A model generated the notes under the pieces. That model had not been told where the DNA came from, did not search any database, and saw only the letters and a program-made list of their open reading frames with translations. From an uncultured bacterium (GTDB taxonomy: Bacteria > Verrucomicrobiota > Verrucomicrobiia > Verrucomicrobiales > DEV007): 64,000 nucleotides of DNA. Positions within the stretch are counted from its first letter, which is position 1, and every line of letters starts with the position of its first letter. The position numbers and the translations under genes were made by a program. Shown piece after piece: positions 1 through 12,540 of the stretch. The DNA is taken from assembly GCA_963977015.1 (NCBI GenBank), contig CAXBMO010000004.1, positions 320,001-384,000 on the forward strand, written 5' to 3'.

Positions 1-259
1 CGTCCAGGGTATCGCCAAAATTGGCAAAGTTTCCGCGCAGAGCCACGAAGTGTCCATCGAAGGACCAACACTTGGCACGGGCTTCTTCGAGCGCTTCGGG
101 ATCTCGATCAAACCCGATCACCTGCGCTCCATGCTCCAACAGTTCAAATGCGTGGCCACCTCCACCGAGCGTCCCATCAACGATCCGCTTGCCATCATCC
201 GGCTGGAGATACTCGATCGTCTCATCAAGGAGAACTGAAGTGTGGTAGTGGCTTGTCAC
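1..259 (-). CDS. rsmH: 16S rRNA m4C1402 methyltransferase RsmH (MraW), 5' part, truncated by window edge
   Basis: Manual minus-strand translation from GTG at 259: MTSHYHTSVLLDETIEYLQPDDGKRIVDGTLGGGGHAFELL...IGFDRDPEAL...GNFANF. It carries the RsmH HxSVLLxE, DGTLGGGGH and DRD motifs. Not in the ORF track; exact start uncertain. Confidence 0.92.
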   Translation of the reverse strand, partial: MTSHYHTSVLLDETIEYLQPDDGKRIVDGTLGGGGHAFELLEHGAQVIGFDRDPEALEEARAKCWSFDGHFVALRGNFANFGDTLD

Positions 260-638
260 CGTCCAGGAAGGAAGCCTTGAATTGTTACCTTTTCCACCCC
301 CGTGCTCCGTCCGCGCGTTTTTATCGCGCGGGCGGAACAAGGCTTGGGCGAAAAAGCTAGGTTGTGCGTAAATCGCGGCTAAACCCATAGTGTTTCAAGT
401 TTCAGTGTTTCGCCGGAACGGATTTGCCCATGTTTCTCGCATTTTTGAGACAAATCGCAGGCTCGGCGTCGTAATATCGATCTGAGAAAGCTTACTAAAT
501 TTTATTTTACTCACCCGGTCAATCATTAATTATAAATATTAAATATTTCCGTAATTTAATCTGGTTATAGCATCCAAAATCCTCGTGACCAGCTTTAGGC
601 TTGAGAATTACCGCAATACGGCTTAGATCGGAGCAACC

Positions 639-1826
639 TTGAAGGATCGAGCATTAGGGAAAGTCAGAAGCGCCTTGGGAGGAATCCTCCTCGGTGCAAT
701 CCTTGTGCTGGCAGGCCTCGCCCTTCTCTGGATGAACGAAAGCCGCGCGGTCGCCGATTACCGCTCAATCCGGGAATTGGAATCCTACACCATCCCGGTG
801 TCGCCTCATCGGGTGAATCCTGAAAACGAGGGAAGCGCGGTTTACCTGACCTGGCGAGCCAGCACTTCCGATACGCTGCGCGACCGGGAGTTTGGCATCG
901 AGCGCGTTGCCTTGCGAATGGTCCGAACCGTCGAAATGTTCCAATGGAAGGAAAATCGGCCTTCCAAACGCGAAATCGAGGCAGGCGTTGAGCCGACCTA
1001 CGAGCTGGATTGGAGCAGCGAAAGAATTGCGAGCGAAGAATTCCTCCAACCGGACAAGCATGAAAATCCCCCGATGCGCTACATCACCAAAACGTGGCTG
1101 GCTGAGGACATTTCACTCGGCGCCTTCCAATTGCCGGCGTCCCTGCTCCTCAAACTCGACGACTACGTTCCGGTTGATGCGACCAATGCGGTTCCCACGA
1201 TTCTTGAATCCGTGATTCACGATCAGGGCAATCTCTACCTTGGTGAAAACATCGCCGAACCGATGGTGGGTGACCTTCGCATCTCCTACCGCGCCCTCGA
1301 TCCGCAACAAATCAGTCTGATCGCCCGCCAGTTTGGGACCACGTTCGACACCTTTGTTTCCCGCGATGGACGAGTTCATGCACCGATTCGAACCGGTGTC
1401 CATACCCAGCAGCAATTGCTGAGCTATGAGCGCAGCAACGTGAAAGTGATTACGATTTTGCTGCGAATGCTGGGGTTCTTTCTCACCTTCGCCGGACTCA
1501 TGATGATTTTCAGTCCGATGACGATTCTCGCCGGTTCGGTGCCGGTTTTTCAGCGGGTGATGCGTTTTGGTTTGGCGATGGTCTGTCTGCTTTTCTCCGG
1601 CGTGTTGTCGCTCTTTGTGATTTCGATTTCCTGGTTTGCGCATCGCCCCTGGATCACCGCCGGACTCGGCCTGTTGATTCTGATTCTTGCGATCCTGATG
1701 AGCAAAGCCTTCAAAAAGCCCGACGAAATGGCGGTGCGATTGCGAAAGGCGAAACTGGAAGCGCGCCTCGCTTCCCGGAGCCGGTCCACCGATCTCCCTA
1801 CGAGCCCAAATAGCCCAGCCAGCTGA
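639..1826 (+). CDS. TMEM43/DUF1625 family membrane protein
   Basis: N-terminal TM followed by WMNESRAV, large soluble domain (R.VEMFQW.E, VGDLRISY) and three to four C-terminal TM helices. Confidence 0.8.
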   Translation: MKDRALGKVRSALGGILLGAILVLAGLALLWMNESRAVADYRSIRELESYTIPVSPHRVNPENEGSAVYLTWRASTSDTLRDREFGIERVALRMVRTVEMFQWKENRPSKREIEAGVEPTYELDWSSERIASEEFLQPDKHENPPMRYITKTWLAEDISLGAFQLPASLLLKLDDYVPVDATNAVPTILESVIHDQGNLYLGENIAEPMVGDLRISYRALDPQQISLIARQFGTTFDTFVSRDGRVHAPIRTGVHTQQQLLSYERSNVKVITILLRMLGFFLTFAGLMMIFSPMTILAGSVPVFQRVMRFGLAMVCLLFSGVLSLFVISISWFAHRPWITAGLGLLILILAILMSKAFKKPDEMAVRLRKAKLEARLASRSRSTDLPTSPNSPAS

Positions 1827-3255
1827 AGTCCTCGGAATAGAGAAACCAGCTGCTCAGGGTGATGTGGAGATTCATGAACGCGTGGAAGAGGATTCCCGGC
1901 CAGAGCGACCTCGTTCGCTGATACAGCCAGCACATCGCCATACCAAACACCGCAATAGAGATCAGCGCGGGCCAGGAGTAGAAGTGCATTCCGGCAAAGA
2001 TGAGGCTCGAGACAAGTGCTGCGATCCAAACGTTGAAGCGACTGCGGAGTGAAGTGAAAAGAAAGCCGCGGAAGAGCAACTCCTCGAAAACGGGAGCAAT
2101 GATCGCGGCGAGCACGATTTGGGAGATCAATCCCAGCTGCCCGGAATCGATCAGACCGGGGTCGAGAAAATCGCGGGTATCGATCGTGCCCACCCACTTT
2201 TCGAATTCGTAGAACCCAAAACTGAGAAACCCGTAAATCCCGTAGAAACCGAGCACGATTGCGAGGTTCTTCGCGTTGAAGAGATGGGAAAGGCCAAGTC
2301 CAAGCACGCGGCGAAAACTCCGCCCCGTCGGTAGCAGGAACCACGAAATCAGGATGACCGGGCCGGCCTGAATCAGCAGGTAAAAGACGTTGCTGGAAAG
2401 ATGGTAGCTCGGTCCTTCCCAAACTTGGGGAATACAGATATCGACGACCGAGGCCGCAACCGCTGCCAATCCATTCGCCGCGAGCATCGCCCAAAAAGTC
2501 AGTGCCAGCCCCAGCGCGGGAAGCCAGGTCGCCGTAATTCTCCAGGCTCGAGGTGTGGGACCACGAAAAAGGCCAAGAATTGCAGCTGGTGCAAAAAGCA
2601 GCGTGAACAGCCAAATTCCATAATAGCTGGTACCAACCCAAAGATGCCGCTGATACCACATGGGGAGTTGCGATCCCGCTTCATTGATGGGTTCCAATCC
2701 GCTTTGTTGAAGGAGAAATTGCCCGAACCAGCCGGAATCAGCGTCTTCGCCAAACTCACGAATCCAGTCCCGTTCATGCGCATCCAGCACCTTCTCTTCG
2801 GTCAGTTTTTGAACCACGACAGGGTAAATCTCCGTCGAGTTTGACAAATCCACACTCAATTCGACCTCTTCATCCGAACCCAGGTAGTGTCGCGCCAGCG
2901 CGTAGTCCGCTTGACCATTTTCGTCCAGCCATTGCGCCTTCGCCGCAGCCCCATACGCCATTCTCAACTCATCCGCGATCTCCTCTGCGGTGAAGTAGCC
3001 GGTGAGGAAACGAATCGGATTCCCAGCTTCCGCGTGGCGCACAAACGCCACATGGACCTCCAGCAATTGGTCGGCATAGCGATGGAGCAGCTCCCGGTCT
3101 TCCTCGATCCACGACTGATTGTGACCGCGATGTTCGGTAATCGTGTTCCAGGCGAGCAAGCCGCCACCGAGCACCACTCCCAACAACCATAATCGAGCGA
3201 TCTGCCACGAACCAATCCGCCGTCGTGGCATCGCCGCATCATTCCCCAGCGGCAT
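1798..3255 (-). CDS. CPBP (Abi/CAAX type II) intramembrane metalloprotease with N-terminal soluble domain
   Basis: APVFEELLFRG, FAGMH and HAFMN motifs in the hydrophobic C-terminal half. Confidence 0.85.
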   Translation of the reverse strand: MPLGNDAAMPRRRIGSWQIARLWLLGVVLGGGLLAWNTITEHRGHNQSWIEEDRELLHRYADQLLEVHVAFVRHAEAGNPIRFLTGYFTAEEIADELRMAYGAAAKAQWLDENGQADYALARHYLGSDEEVELSVDLSNSTEIYPVVVQKLTEEKVLDAHERDWIREFGEDADSGWFGQFLLQQSGLEPINEAGSQLPMWYQRHLWVGTSYYGIWLFTLLFAPAAILGLFRGPTPRAWRITATWLPALGLALTFWAMLAANGLAAVAASVVDICIPQVWEGPSYHLSSNVFYLLIQAGPVILISWFLLPTGRSFRRVLGLGLSHLFNAKNLAIVLGFYGIYGFLSFGFYEFEKWVGTIDTRDFLDPGLIDSGQLGLISQIVLAAIIAPVFEELLFRGFLFTSLRSRFNVWIAALVSSLIFAGMHFYSWPALISIAVFGMAMCWLYQRTRSLWPGILFHAFMNLHITLSSWFLYSEDFSWLGYLGS

Positions 3256-3262
3256 ACAGCAA

Positions 3263-4342
3263 CTAGAAAGAAGCTGGCTCCACCTCTACAATTGGGGCGG
3301 GTTCCACCGGAATCGGCTCAACGCGAACAGGATCACCTTCGGGACGAACGGGAACCTGGGGCACCACCATCGGAGCGCCGGGCGCAATCGGTGCCGCCGG
3401 GCTGACCACAGCTCCCGGCGTTCCCCCGGGATTCGGGGTTGGCGGAGCCAACGTTCCCGGTTGCGGCGAGGGATTGACCGGAGTGAGCGACCTGGCCGGC
3501 TCGACCGGCGAAACCTCCACCACGGGCGCTCCCGGTGGCGTGACCAGAGGCACCACTCCCGCAGTCACCCCTGCTCCCACAATCGGCATCTCCGTCTGCG
3601 GATTCACCGGTTCCAGCGTTACCTGCGGATTGGGAACGTCGGTTGGAAACGGAAGCGCTGGTGGCGCGGTATAATCTTCAGGAGCCGCCGAATCCACGAC
3701 CAGCGGATATCCGCGACTGCCACGGTTCCAGGAATACCAGACGGTCCGCAAGACCGTTCCCGTGGATCCGGAGAGATCGACGCGGCCCGCCACATAGCCG
3801 TCCACGTCGATGGCGGTCAGTCGCCAAAGCGGATCCCGGGTGAACTCCTGACAGGTGAGCTGGTAATTGACATGATTGAAGGAAACTCCCGCACGCTTGG
3901 CCTCCAATTCCAGAATCCGGAAACTGGCGGTCGAATCGATCAAGAGCTTCTGTTTGTCGATGAAGCCGGTGGGAACCTGATTCGGGTACTTGGGTTGCGC
4001 TTCTTTCTCGAGGCTGTGCTTTTCCGTGAGGGTGAATTCGCGGACGAAGAGCGGGCTTTGCCGGTCAAAAACCACCAATTCCCAGGAAATCGGCTGCGAC
4101 TGCCCCTGAAGCCCTCGCATCTCCACAATCGTTTCGGCAGCCTCAATGCCAAAGGTGGATTTCATTTTCTCCAAACCGGTAAATGCAGAAATGGGCGCGT
4201 CCTCTTTCTGCCGTCGTCCCCCGAAAAATCGTCGGTCTTCGGCCCAACTCTCAGCAAGAAGGCCTCCCAAAAGCCCCAGCGTGATTCCCAACTTCCAAAA
4301 TGATCGAGTTTTCATGGTCTTTTTCGAATTCAGCTTCGTCAA
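3263..4342 (-). CDS. Secreted hypothetical protein (possibly PepSY-like) with long Pro/Val-rich C-terminal tail
   Basis: Signal-peptide-like N-terminus (start may be one of the nearby in-frame codons), globular region, roughly 130-aa Pro-rich tail. Confidence 0.7.
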   Translation of the reverse strand: MTKLNSKKTMKTRSFWKLGITLGLLGGLLAESWAEDRRFFGGRRQKEDAPISAFTGLEKMKSTFGIEAAETIVEMRGLQGQSQPISWELVVFDRQSPLFVREFTLTEKHSLEKEAQPKYPNQVPTGFIDKQKLLIDSTASFRILELEAKRAGVSFNHVNYQLTCQEFTRDPLWRLTAIDVDGYVAGRVDLSGSTGTVLRTVWYSWNRGSRGYPLVVDSAAPEDYTAPPALPFPTDVPNPQVTLEPVNPQTEMPIVGAGVTAGVVPLVTPPGAPVVEVSPVEPARSLTPVNPSPQPGTLAPPTPNPGGTPGAVVSPAAPIAPGAPMVVPQVPVRPEGDPVRVEPIPVEPAPIVEVEPASF

Positions 4343-4360
4343 AATAGCACGTTCCCTGTT

Positions 4361-4389
4361 TTGACAACACTAGAACTTCAGCATTCAAT
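4361..4389 (+). promoter_or_regulatory. Candidate sigma70 promoter for the MntR-family gene
   Basis: TTGACA at 4361-4366, 17-nt spacer, TTCAAT at 4384-4389, 18 nt before the ATG. Confidence 0.35.
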
Positions 4390-4407
4390 CGGGGACCAAT
4401 TAGGCAC

Positions 4408-4833
4408 ATGCCAGACTCCAAATCCGAATCCGTTGCTGTCGAAGATTACCTGGAACAAATTCTCCAGCTAATTGACAGCAAGGGCTATGCCCGCGTGGCA
4501 GATATCGCGGACGGGCTGGGAATCGCGCAGCCCAGCGTCTCAAACATGGTTCGCCGTCTCGACGAGAAAGGGCTGATCAACTACGAAAAATACCGCGGGA
4601 TGACGCTCACGGCAGAGGGCGAACGCGTCGCGCTGCGCATCGTCAAACGCCATAATCTGCTTCAAGAGTTTCTCAATCTCCTCGGAATCGATCCCGAAAT
4701 CGCCTATCAAGACCTCGAAGGCATGGAACATCACATCAGCTCCGAAACGCTGCGCGGGATCGAACAACTGATCTGTGAGTTGAAAGACAATCCGGAAATG
4801 CAAACCCGGGTTCGCGATGCAGTTCGGACCTGA
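4408..4833 (+). CDS. mntR: DtxR/MntR family metal-dependent transcriptional regulator
   Basis: EDYLEQI...ARVADIA...PSVSNMVRRL wHTH; RH.LL..FL and EGMEHHIS metal-binding motifs. Confidence 0.88.
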   Translation: MPDSKSESVAVEDYLEQILQLIDSKGYARVADIADGLGIAQPSVSNMVRRLDEKGLINYEKYRGMTLTAEGERVALRIVKRHNLLQEFLNLLGIDPEIAYQDLEGMEHHISSETLRGIEQLICELKDNPEMQTRVRDAVRT

Positions 4834-4885
4834 CAATTGGCCAAAAGTTGGCTATCACTCCTCCCGTTTCCTCACCAACTACGAA

Positions 4886-5413
4886 ATGAAGCTCCCCTCA
4901 ATCCATTTCTGGATCGCCATCGCGATGGCCGGCTTGTTGTCCGGTTGCTCTACCCCTACCAGCTCAACCAACAACAATCGGAGTGGTGGCCGCCTCAGCG
5001 CCAATCATCCTGCCGTTGTTGCTCGCAACGCCCAGATCGCCGCCGAACCAAGGGGCGATTTTTACTACGGACGGCGGTTCTGGCTCGAGGGCACCCGGTT
5101 TTGGGGGTTTCTTCGCGAACCCGGCCAAACCTGGGCGGAAGCGAAGCTGGTGATGATGAATGAGACCGTCAAACACACGCCCGATCGCCTTCCGGAGGTC
5201 AATCCTGGCGGGAAAGCCTTCGGCTACGATCACAACCACGAATACCGGATTCGCGGCCGCTACACCGGAAAACGGGTTTATGATCCGAACAGCAACCAAG
5301 TGCTGCCCGAATTTCTCGCTACCGACTTCGAACTGATCAGCGAATACCCCGGATTTCTGTTTCATCCCGATCAGCAGTTCGAGAAGAACAAGGTTCCGAA
5401 GTCTCCTTATTAA
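4886..5413 (+). CDS. Hypothetical lipoprotein
   Basis: ATG 4886 gives MKLPSIHFWIAIAMAGLLSGC, a signal peptide with lipobox. Confidence 0.75.
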   Translation: MKLPSIHFWIAIAMAGLLSGCSTPTSSTNNNRSGGRLSANHPAVVARNAQIAAEPRGDFYYGRRFWLEGTRFWGFLREPGQTWAEAKLVMMNETVKHTPDRLPEVNPGGKAFGYDHNHEYRIRGRYTGKRVYDPNSNQVLPEFLATDFELISEYPGFLFHPDQQFEKNKVPKSPY

Positions 5414-5474
5414 GGAGGCGAAAGCCGGAAACCGGGAGTGCCGGCAAACCCGGCCTGGAGCATCCGAAAATGCT

Positions 5475-8219
<2,745 letters not shown>

Positions 8220-8453
8220 CTAGGCAACGTTGCGCTTCAGGGGGGCAAAATCCAGCGAAACCAGTTCTTCTAACAGCAAGCCATAACATTGCACAAAACA
8301 CGAAGATTTCACCCCGTTTTCAGGGTTTGTAAAGACCTGAATTGTAGGCGGGAATCCGGAGAAATCGAAGCATTCCACACGCTATTTTTCTACTGGTCAT
8401 GCGGGAATTACCTGCCTAGCTTAACAGGTTACAAACCCCAAAAATCAAATTCC

Positions 8454-9452
8454 ATGAATTCCAGCGATACCTCTCGTCGCGATTTCCTTCGCAAAACTGC
8501 AGCCACCGCCGCCGCCCTCGCCTCACCGGCCCTCCTTCAGGCCGAAGCCGAGGCAAAAACACCGGCCTCTGAGACTCTGGTCAAAACCTTCTACGACAGT
8601 CTCAACGACGCCCAACGCGAAGCGCTTTGCTTCCCATTCGATCACAGCCTGCGCAAGGCGATCGACAACAACTGGCATATCACGGAGCAAACCATCGGGC
8701 AGTTCCTGACCGCCGATCAAAACGCGATGGTTCGAGAGATTTTTCTGAATCTCCACAGTGAGGAATATCGTGAAGCCGTGATCAATCAGGTGGCTCACGA
8801 CAGCGGAAAACGCGGTTTTGGCGCAAGTTCGGTCGCAATTTTCGGGGATCCCGGGACGGATGAGTTTGAGTTCGTCCTCACGGGGCGACACTGCACCCGC
8901 CGTGCCGATGGCAATTCCGTGAAAGGTCGAGCCTTTGGCGGACCCATTTTTTACGGGCACGCGGCCGATGGCTTCAACGAGGGCCCCGACCACAAAGGAA
9001 ACGCCTATTGGTTCCAGGCCAAACGAGCCAACGAAGTTTATCAGATGCTCGATGGAAAGCAGCAGGAGCAAGCTCTGCTCGATCGCATTCGACAGGAACG
9101 GGGAAGTTCAACCATTCGGCTGGCGGGCGACGGCAAAGAAATTCCGGGACTGGCCGTTGCAGACATGAGTGCTGATCAGAAAGACGGAGTTCGCAAGGTG
9201 TTGGCCGATTTGTTGATGCCATTTCGCCCCGAAGACGTCACCGAATCGATGGCGTTGATCGAGAAAGGCGGATTCGACAATCTCCACCTGTCATTCGCGA
9301 AGAAAGGCGATATCGGCAACGACGGGGTTTGGGACAATTGGATGCTGGAAGGCCCCCACATGGTCTGGGTTTTCCGCGGATCCCCCCACGTCCACACCTG
9401 GGTTCATATCGCAGATCCTGATGGCCCCAGCGACCGCGACCGACGCGCCTAG
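8454..9452 (+). CDS. Tat-exported DUF3500-type protein
   Basis: ATG 8454 gives SRRDFLRK twin-arginine signal; GRHCT.R and C-terminal PHVHTW motifs. Confidence 0.75.
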   Translation: MNSSDTSRRDFLRKTAATAAALASPALLQAEAEAKTPASETLVKTFYDSLNDAQREALCFPFDHSLRKAIDNNWHITEQTIGQFLTADQNAMVREIFLNLHSEEYREAVINQVAHDSGKRGFGASSVAIFGDPGTDEFEFVLTGRHCTRRADGNSVKGRAFGGPIFYGHAADGFNEGPDHKGNAYWFQAKRANEVYQMLDGKQQEQALLDRIRQERGSSTIRLAGDGKEIPGLAVADMSADQKDGVRKVLADLLMPFRPEDVTESMALIEKGGFDNLHLSFAKKGDIGNDGVWDNWMLEGPHMVWVFRGSPHVHTWVHIADPDGPSDRDRRA

Positions 9453-9458
9453 ATTGAG

Positions 9459-10718
9459 ATGATGAAACCGCTCTCTGTTGTTGGCTTTTGCCTGATCCTG
9501 GCGTGCAACCTCACCCAATTGCTGGCGGTGGACTGGCCCGAACCTTCTGAACTCCCGGCTCGACCGGAATTGCCCGACGTTCTCGCCGGGGCAACGTCCG
9601 CCGAGGATTGGCAGACAACCAAACGTGGTGAAGTGATGCGCCAGTTTGAGCACTACGTCTACGGGCGTTCGCCTCAACTGCCCAAAACCGAGAATCTGCG
9701 TTTTGAAACCTTGTTCGAGAAGACGGCGTTTGGCGGAAAAGGACTCTTGCGGGAGGTCAGAATTTCGTATCCGCCCGAGGGCACCCCTCCCCTCTATCTC
9801 CTGGTCGCGATTCCCAAGAACCCAAAACCGGCACCAGCCTTTGTCGGCCTGAATTTTGGCGGCAATCATAGTTGCACGGACGATCCCGACGTCTGGCTGA
9901 ATGAAAATTGGATTCCGAAACACAAGAAAGGCGTGGTCGACCATCGCGCGACCGAGGCTGCGCGGGGAACATCGTCCGATCGTTGGCCCTTCGAATTCGC
10001 GGTCGAACGAGGTTACGCGATGGCGACGCTTTACCACGGTGATATCGATCCCGATTACGCGGATTTCACCAACGGCGTGCATCCTCACTTCTTCATGGAA
10101 GGTGTCGATGAGCCGCTGGCGGGAGATTGGGGAGCCATCGGGGCCTGGGCCTGGAGTCTGCGCCTCGCCGCCAGCTACCTGATAGCTAATCCCGCGATCC
10201 ATCCGGAACAGGTTTGCGTGATGGGCCATTCCCGAAACGGAAAAACGGCATTGTGGGCCGGTGCCCAGGATGAGCGCTTCGCTCTCGTTGTGAGCAATCA
10301 ATCCGGCTGTGGAGGCGCAGCCCTGAGCCGTCCGCGTCGCGGGGAAAAGCTGATTAACATCAACACGAATTTTCCGCATTGGTTCAACGACCGGTTCCAG
10401 GATTTCAATGATCGCGAAGATCATCTGCCGGTTGATCAACACCAACTGCTCGCCTTGATCGCACCGCGCCCCGTCCTGGTTTGCAGCGCAACAGGTGATA
10501 CCTGGGCCGATCCGGAAGGTGAATTTGAAACCTGCCGGAACGCCGCTCCCGTTTATCGTTTGCTGGGTTTCGACGACTTCACGGCCCAAAAACTTCCTCC
10601 GGAGAACCAGCTGATTGACAGCCGAATTGGCTATCACATCCGCCCGGGAAAACATGGGATCGGCAAGGCTGATTGGGCGGTCTTGTTTGACTTTGCCGAC
10701 AAGCAACTCGGCGATTAG
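9459..10718 (+). CDS. Secreted CE15-like esterase (glucuronoyl/acetyl esterase family)
   Basis: Signal peptide; GAIGAWAW, GHSRNGKTALWAGA nucleophile motif, LPVDQHQLLALIAPRP, WADP.GE, RPGKH. Confidence 0.85.
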   Translation: MMKPLSVVGFCLILACNLTQLLAVDWPEPSELPARPELPDVLAGATSAEDWQTTKRGEVMRQFEHYVYGRSPQLPKTENLRFETLFEKTAFGGKGLLREVRISYPPEGTPPLYLLVAIPKNPKPAPAFVGLNFGGNHSCTDDPDVWLNENWIPKHKKGVVDHRATEAARGTSSDRWPFEFAVERGYAMATLYHGDIDPDYADFTNGVHPHFFMEGVDEPLAGDWGAIGAWAWSLRLAASYLIANPAIHPEQVCVMGHSRNGKTALWAGAQDERFALVVSNQSGCGGAALSRPRRGEKLININTNFPHWFNDRFQDFNDREDHLPVDQHQLLALIAPRPVLVCSATGDTWADPEGEFETCRNAAPVYRLLGFDDFTAQKLPPENQLIDSRIGYHIRPGKHGIGKADWAVLFDFADKQLGD

Positions 10719-10727
10719 TTCGGTTCC

Positions 10728-11222
10728 ATGATTCGGCCGGTCACCCACAGCGATTGCGAAGCGATTCGCGAGATCTACAATTACTACATTGAGGAGACGA
10801 TCGTCACTTTTGAGGAAGAACTCGTGACGACCGACGAGATGGCCAGACGGGTGCGCGAAACGTCAGAATCCTACCCCTGGCTCGTTTGCGAGGAAGGCGG
10901 TGAGATTACCGGTTACGCCTATGCCCGAACCTGGCATCCGCGCTCGGCCTATCGTTTCTCGGTCGAAAGCAGCGTCTACCTCGGCAAGGGAAACGAGCGA
11001 AAAGGGCTCGGCAGCGCCTTGTATGCCGAGCTGCTGCCAAGGCTCCAAGCCCTGTCGATCCACTCCGTCATCGCGGGCATTTCCCTTCCCAACGAGGCAA
11101 GCGTTGCGATCCACGAAAAGTTCGGCTTCAAGAAAGCCGCCCACTATCGCGAAGTCGGCCGGAAATTCGATCGCTGGATCGACGTTGGCTACTGGCAATT
11201 GATCTTTGAGCCCGCTCCCTAG
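10728..11222 (+). CDS. GNAT N-acetyltransferase, phosphinothricin/methionine-sulfoximine acetyltransferase-like
   Basis: IYNYYI..T..TFE, R.AYRFSVE.SVY, GLGSALY, PNEASVAIHEKFGF, VGRKFDRWIDV. Confidence 0.9.
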   Translation: MIRPVTHSDCEAIREIYNYYIEETIVTFEEELVTTDEMARRVRETSESYPWLVCEEGGEITGYAYARTWHPRSAYRFSVESSVYLGKGNERKGLGSALYAELLPRLQALSIHSVIAGISLPNEASVAIHEKFGFKKAAHYREVGRKFDRWIDVGYWQLIFEPAP

Positions 11223-11563
11223 AAAACCTTGTCGTTCCATCCCCACATCCCCCGTTCGACATTTTCAAACGTGACGTAGGTGCGGCTTTTTTCGACCTTC
11301 AAGACGTTGCTCGACAGCTCGCAAAGGATCCTGGTTAGCTCGTCCGCCTTTTCCGCGGGCAACCCGAGCGCCTTCAACTCAAAAACCGCCGCAGGCTCCT
11401 CGCTTCCCCCAAACCGCATCGCTTGCCCGGCTTGAAGTGACGCCATGAAGTAATCCTCCGACTTCCCCAGGGCTTTGGAAACCTGTTGAGAAGCCAGTTG
11501 GAGCAATTCTCCACGAGCTTCCGGATCAACGTCTTGATTGGTGAGAACGGAGAGCAACGGCAT
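11219..11563 (-). CDS. MIF/phenylpyruvate tautomerase family protein
   Basis: Catalytic Pro directly after Met (MPLLSVLTN), GKSEDY, C-terminal WGWN..VF, 114 aa. Confidence 0.85.
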   Translation of the reverse strand: MPLLSVLTNQDVDPEARGELLQLASQQVSKALGKSEDYFMASLQAGQAMRFGGSEEPAAVFELKALGLPAEKADELTRILCELSSNVLKVEKSRTYVTFENVERGMWGWNDKVF

Positions 11564-11578
11564 GGCTCGACCTGACAG

Positions 11579-12439
11579 CTATTCTGACGACCAGGCTTGC
11601 GCGACTTGGCGCTGCTCGCCCAAGCTCTCAATGCCCAACTCGATCACGTCGCCGGGCTTCAGATATTGCGGAGGATCAAATCCCATCCCAACACCAGCCG
11701 GAGTACCGGTAGAAATGACGTCCCCGGGAAGCAGGCTCATGAACTGGCTCAGGTAACTGACCAAATGAGGAATCTTGAAGATCAAATTCGCGGAACTGCC
11801 GTCCTGCTTCGTCTCTCCATTGACCTTGAGCCACATCTTCAGATTATCCACATCTGCCACCTCGTCCCGGGTCGCCAGGAACGGCCCGAAGGGAGCAAAA
11901 CTGTCCGCGCTCTTTCCTTTGACCCACTGGCCCTGGCGCTCAATTTGGAAAGCCCGTTCGCTGTAATCGTTGTGCAGCGCATAGCCCGCAACGTAATTCA
12001 GCGCATCCGATTCCTCGACGTAGCTGGCGCGCTTGCCAATCACGACCGCGAGCTCAACTTCCCAATCCGTCTTCTCGCTTCCTTTGGGAATGACCAGAGC
12101 GTCATCAGGACCCGTCCAACTGCTGGTGGCCTTGGAAAAGATGATCGGCTCCGGCGGAGGCGTCATCCCGGTTTCTTCGGCGTGATCGCTGAAGTTCAAT
12201 CCGATGCAGATCAACTTGCTGGGACGACAGATCGCCGGTCCCAAACGCTCGGACGGATCCACCTTCGGAGCCGAAGCGGCATTCGCATCTGCCCAGGTTT
12301 TGAGCTTCGCCAGTCCATCGTCGCCAAAAAAAGCTTCGTCCCAGTCTGAACCAAACGCCGAAGCGTCAATGCGGGTGCCGTCTTCCAGTTGAAGACCGGG
12401 TTTTTCCTGACCGGGCTGGCCAAAGCGTATCAATTTCAT
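11579..12439 (-). CDS. Fumarylacetoacetate hydrolase family protein
   Basis: CIGLNF.DHA.E, DWEVEL, NDYSERAFQ, GKSADSF, GDVISTGTPAGVG. Confidence 0.93.
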   Translation of the reverse strand: MKLIRFGQPGQEKPGLQLEDGTRIDASAFGSDWDEAFFGDDGLAKLKTWADANAASAPKVDPSERLGPAICRPSKLICIGLNFSDHAEETGMTPPPEPIIFSKATSSWTGPDDALVIPKGSEKTDWEVELAVVIGKRASYVEESDALNYVAGYALHNDYSERAFQIERQGQWVKGKSADSFAPFGPFLATRDEVADVDNLKMWLKVNGETKQDGSSANLIFKIPHLVSYLSQFMSLLPGDVISTGTPAGVGMGFDPPQYLKPGDVIELGIESLGEQRQVAQAWSSE

Positions 12440-12540
12440 GAGAGGGTGAGTAAAGATTGGGAAGTGAGGGCGTCAAAGCAAAATCGCGGCTTTGCGTTGC
12501 TGCATCCCACAGATCGCCTCAACCGTTACCATTTTTCCTC

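Noticed and set aside
21-360. Three short plus-strand ORFs at the left edge
   Set aside because: They are antisense shadows of rsmH, which has clear motifs on the minus strand.
639-1826. TMEM43 (and the MIF gene at 11219-11563) as eukaryote-derived genes
   Set aside because: Both families have known bacterial members, and nothing in the sequence indicates recent transfer.
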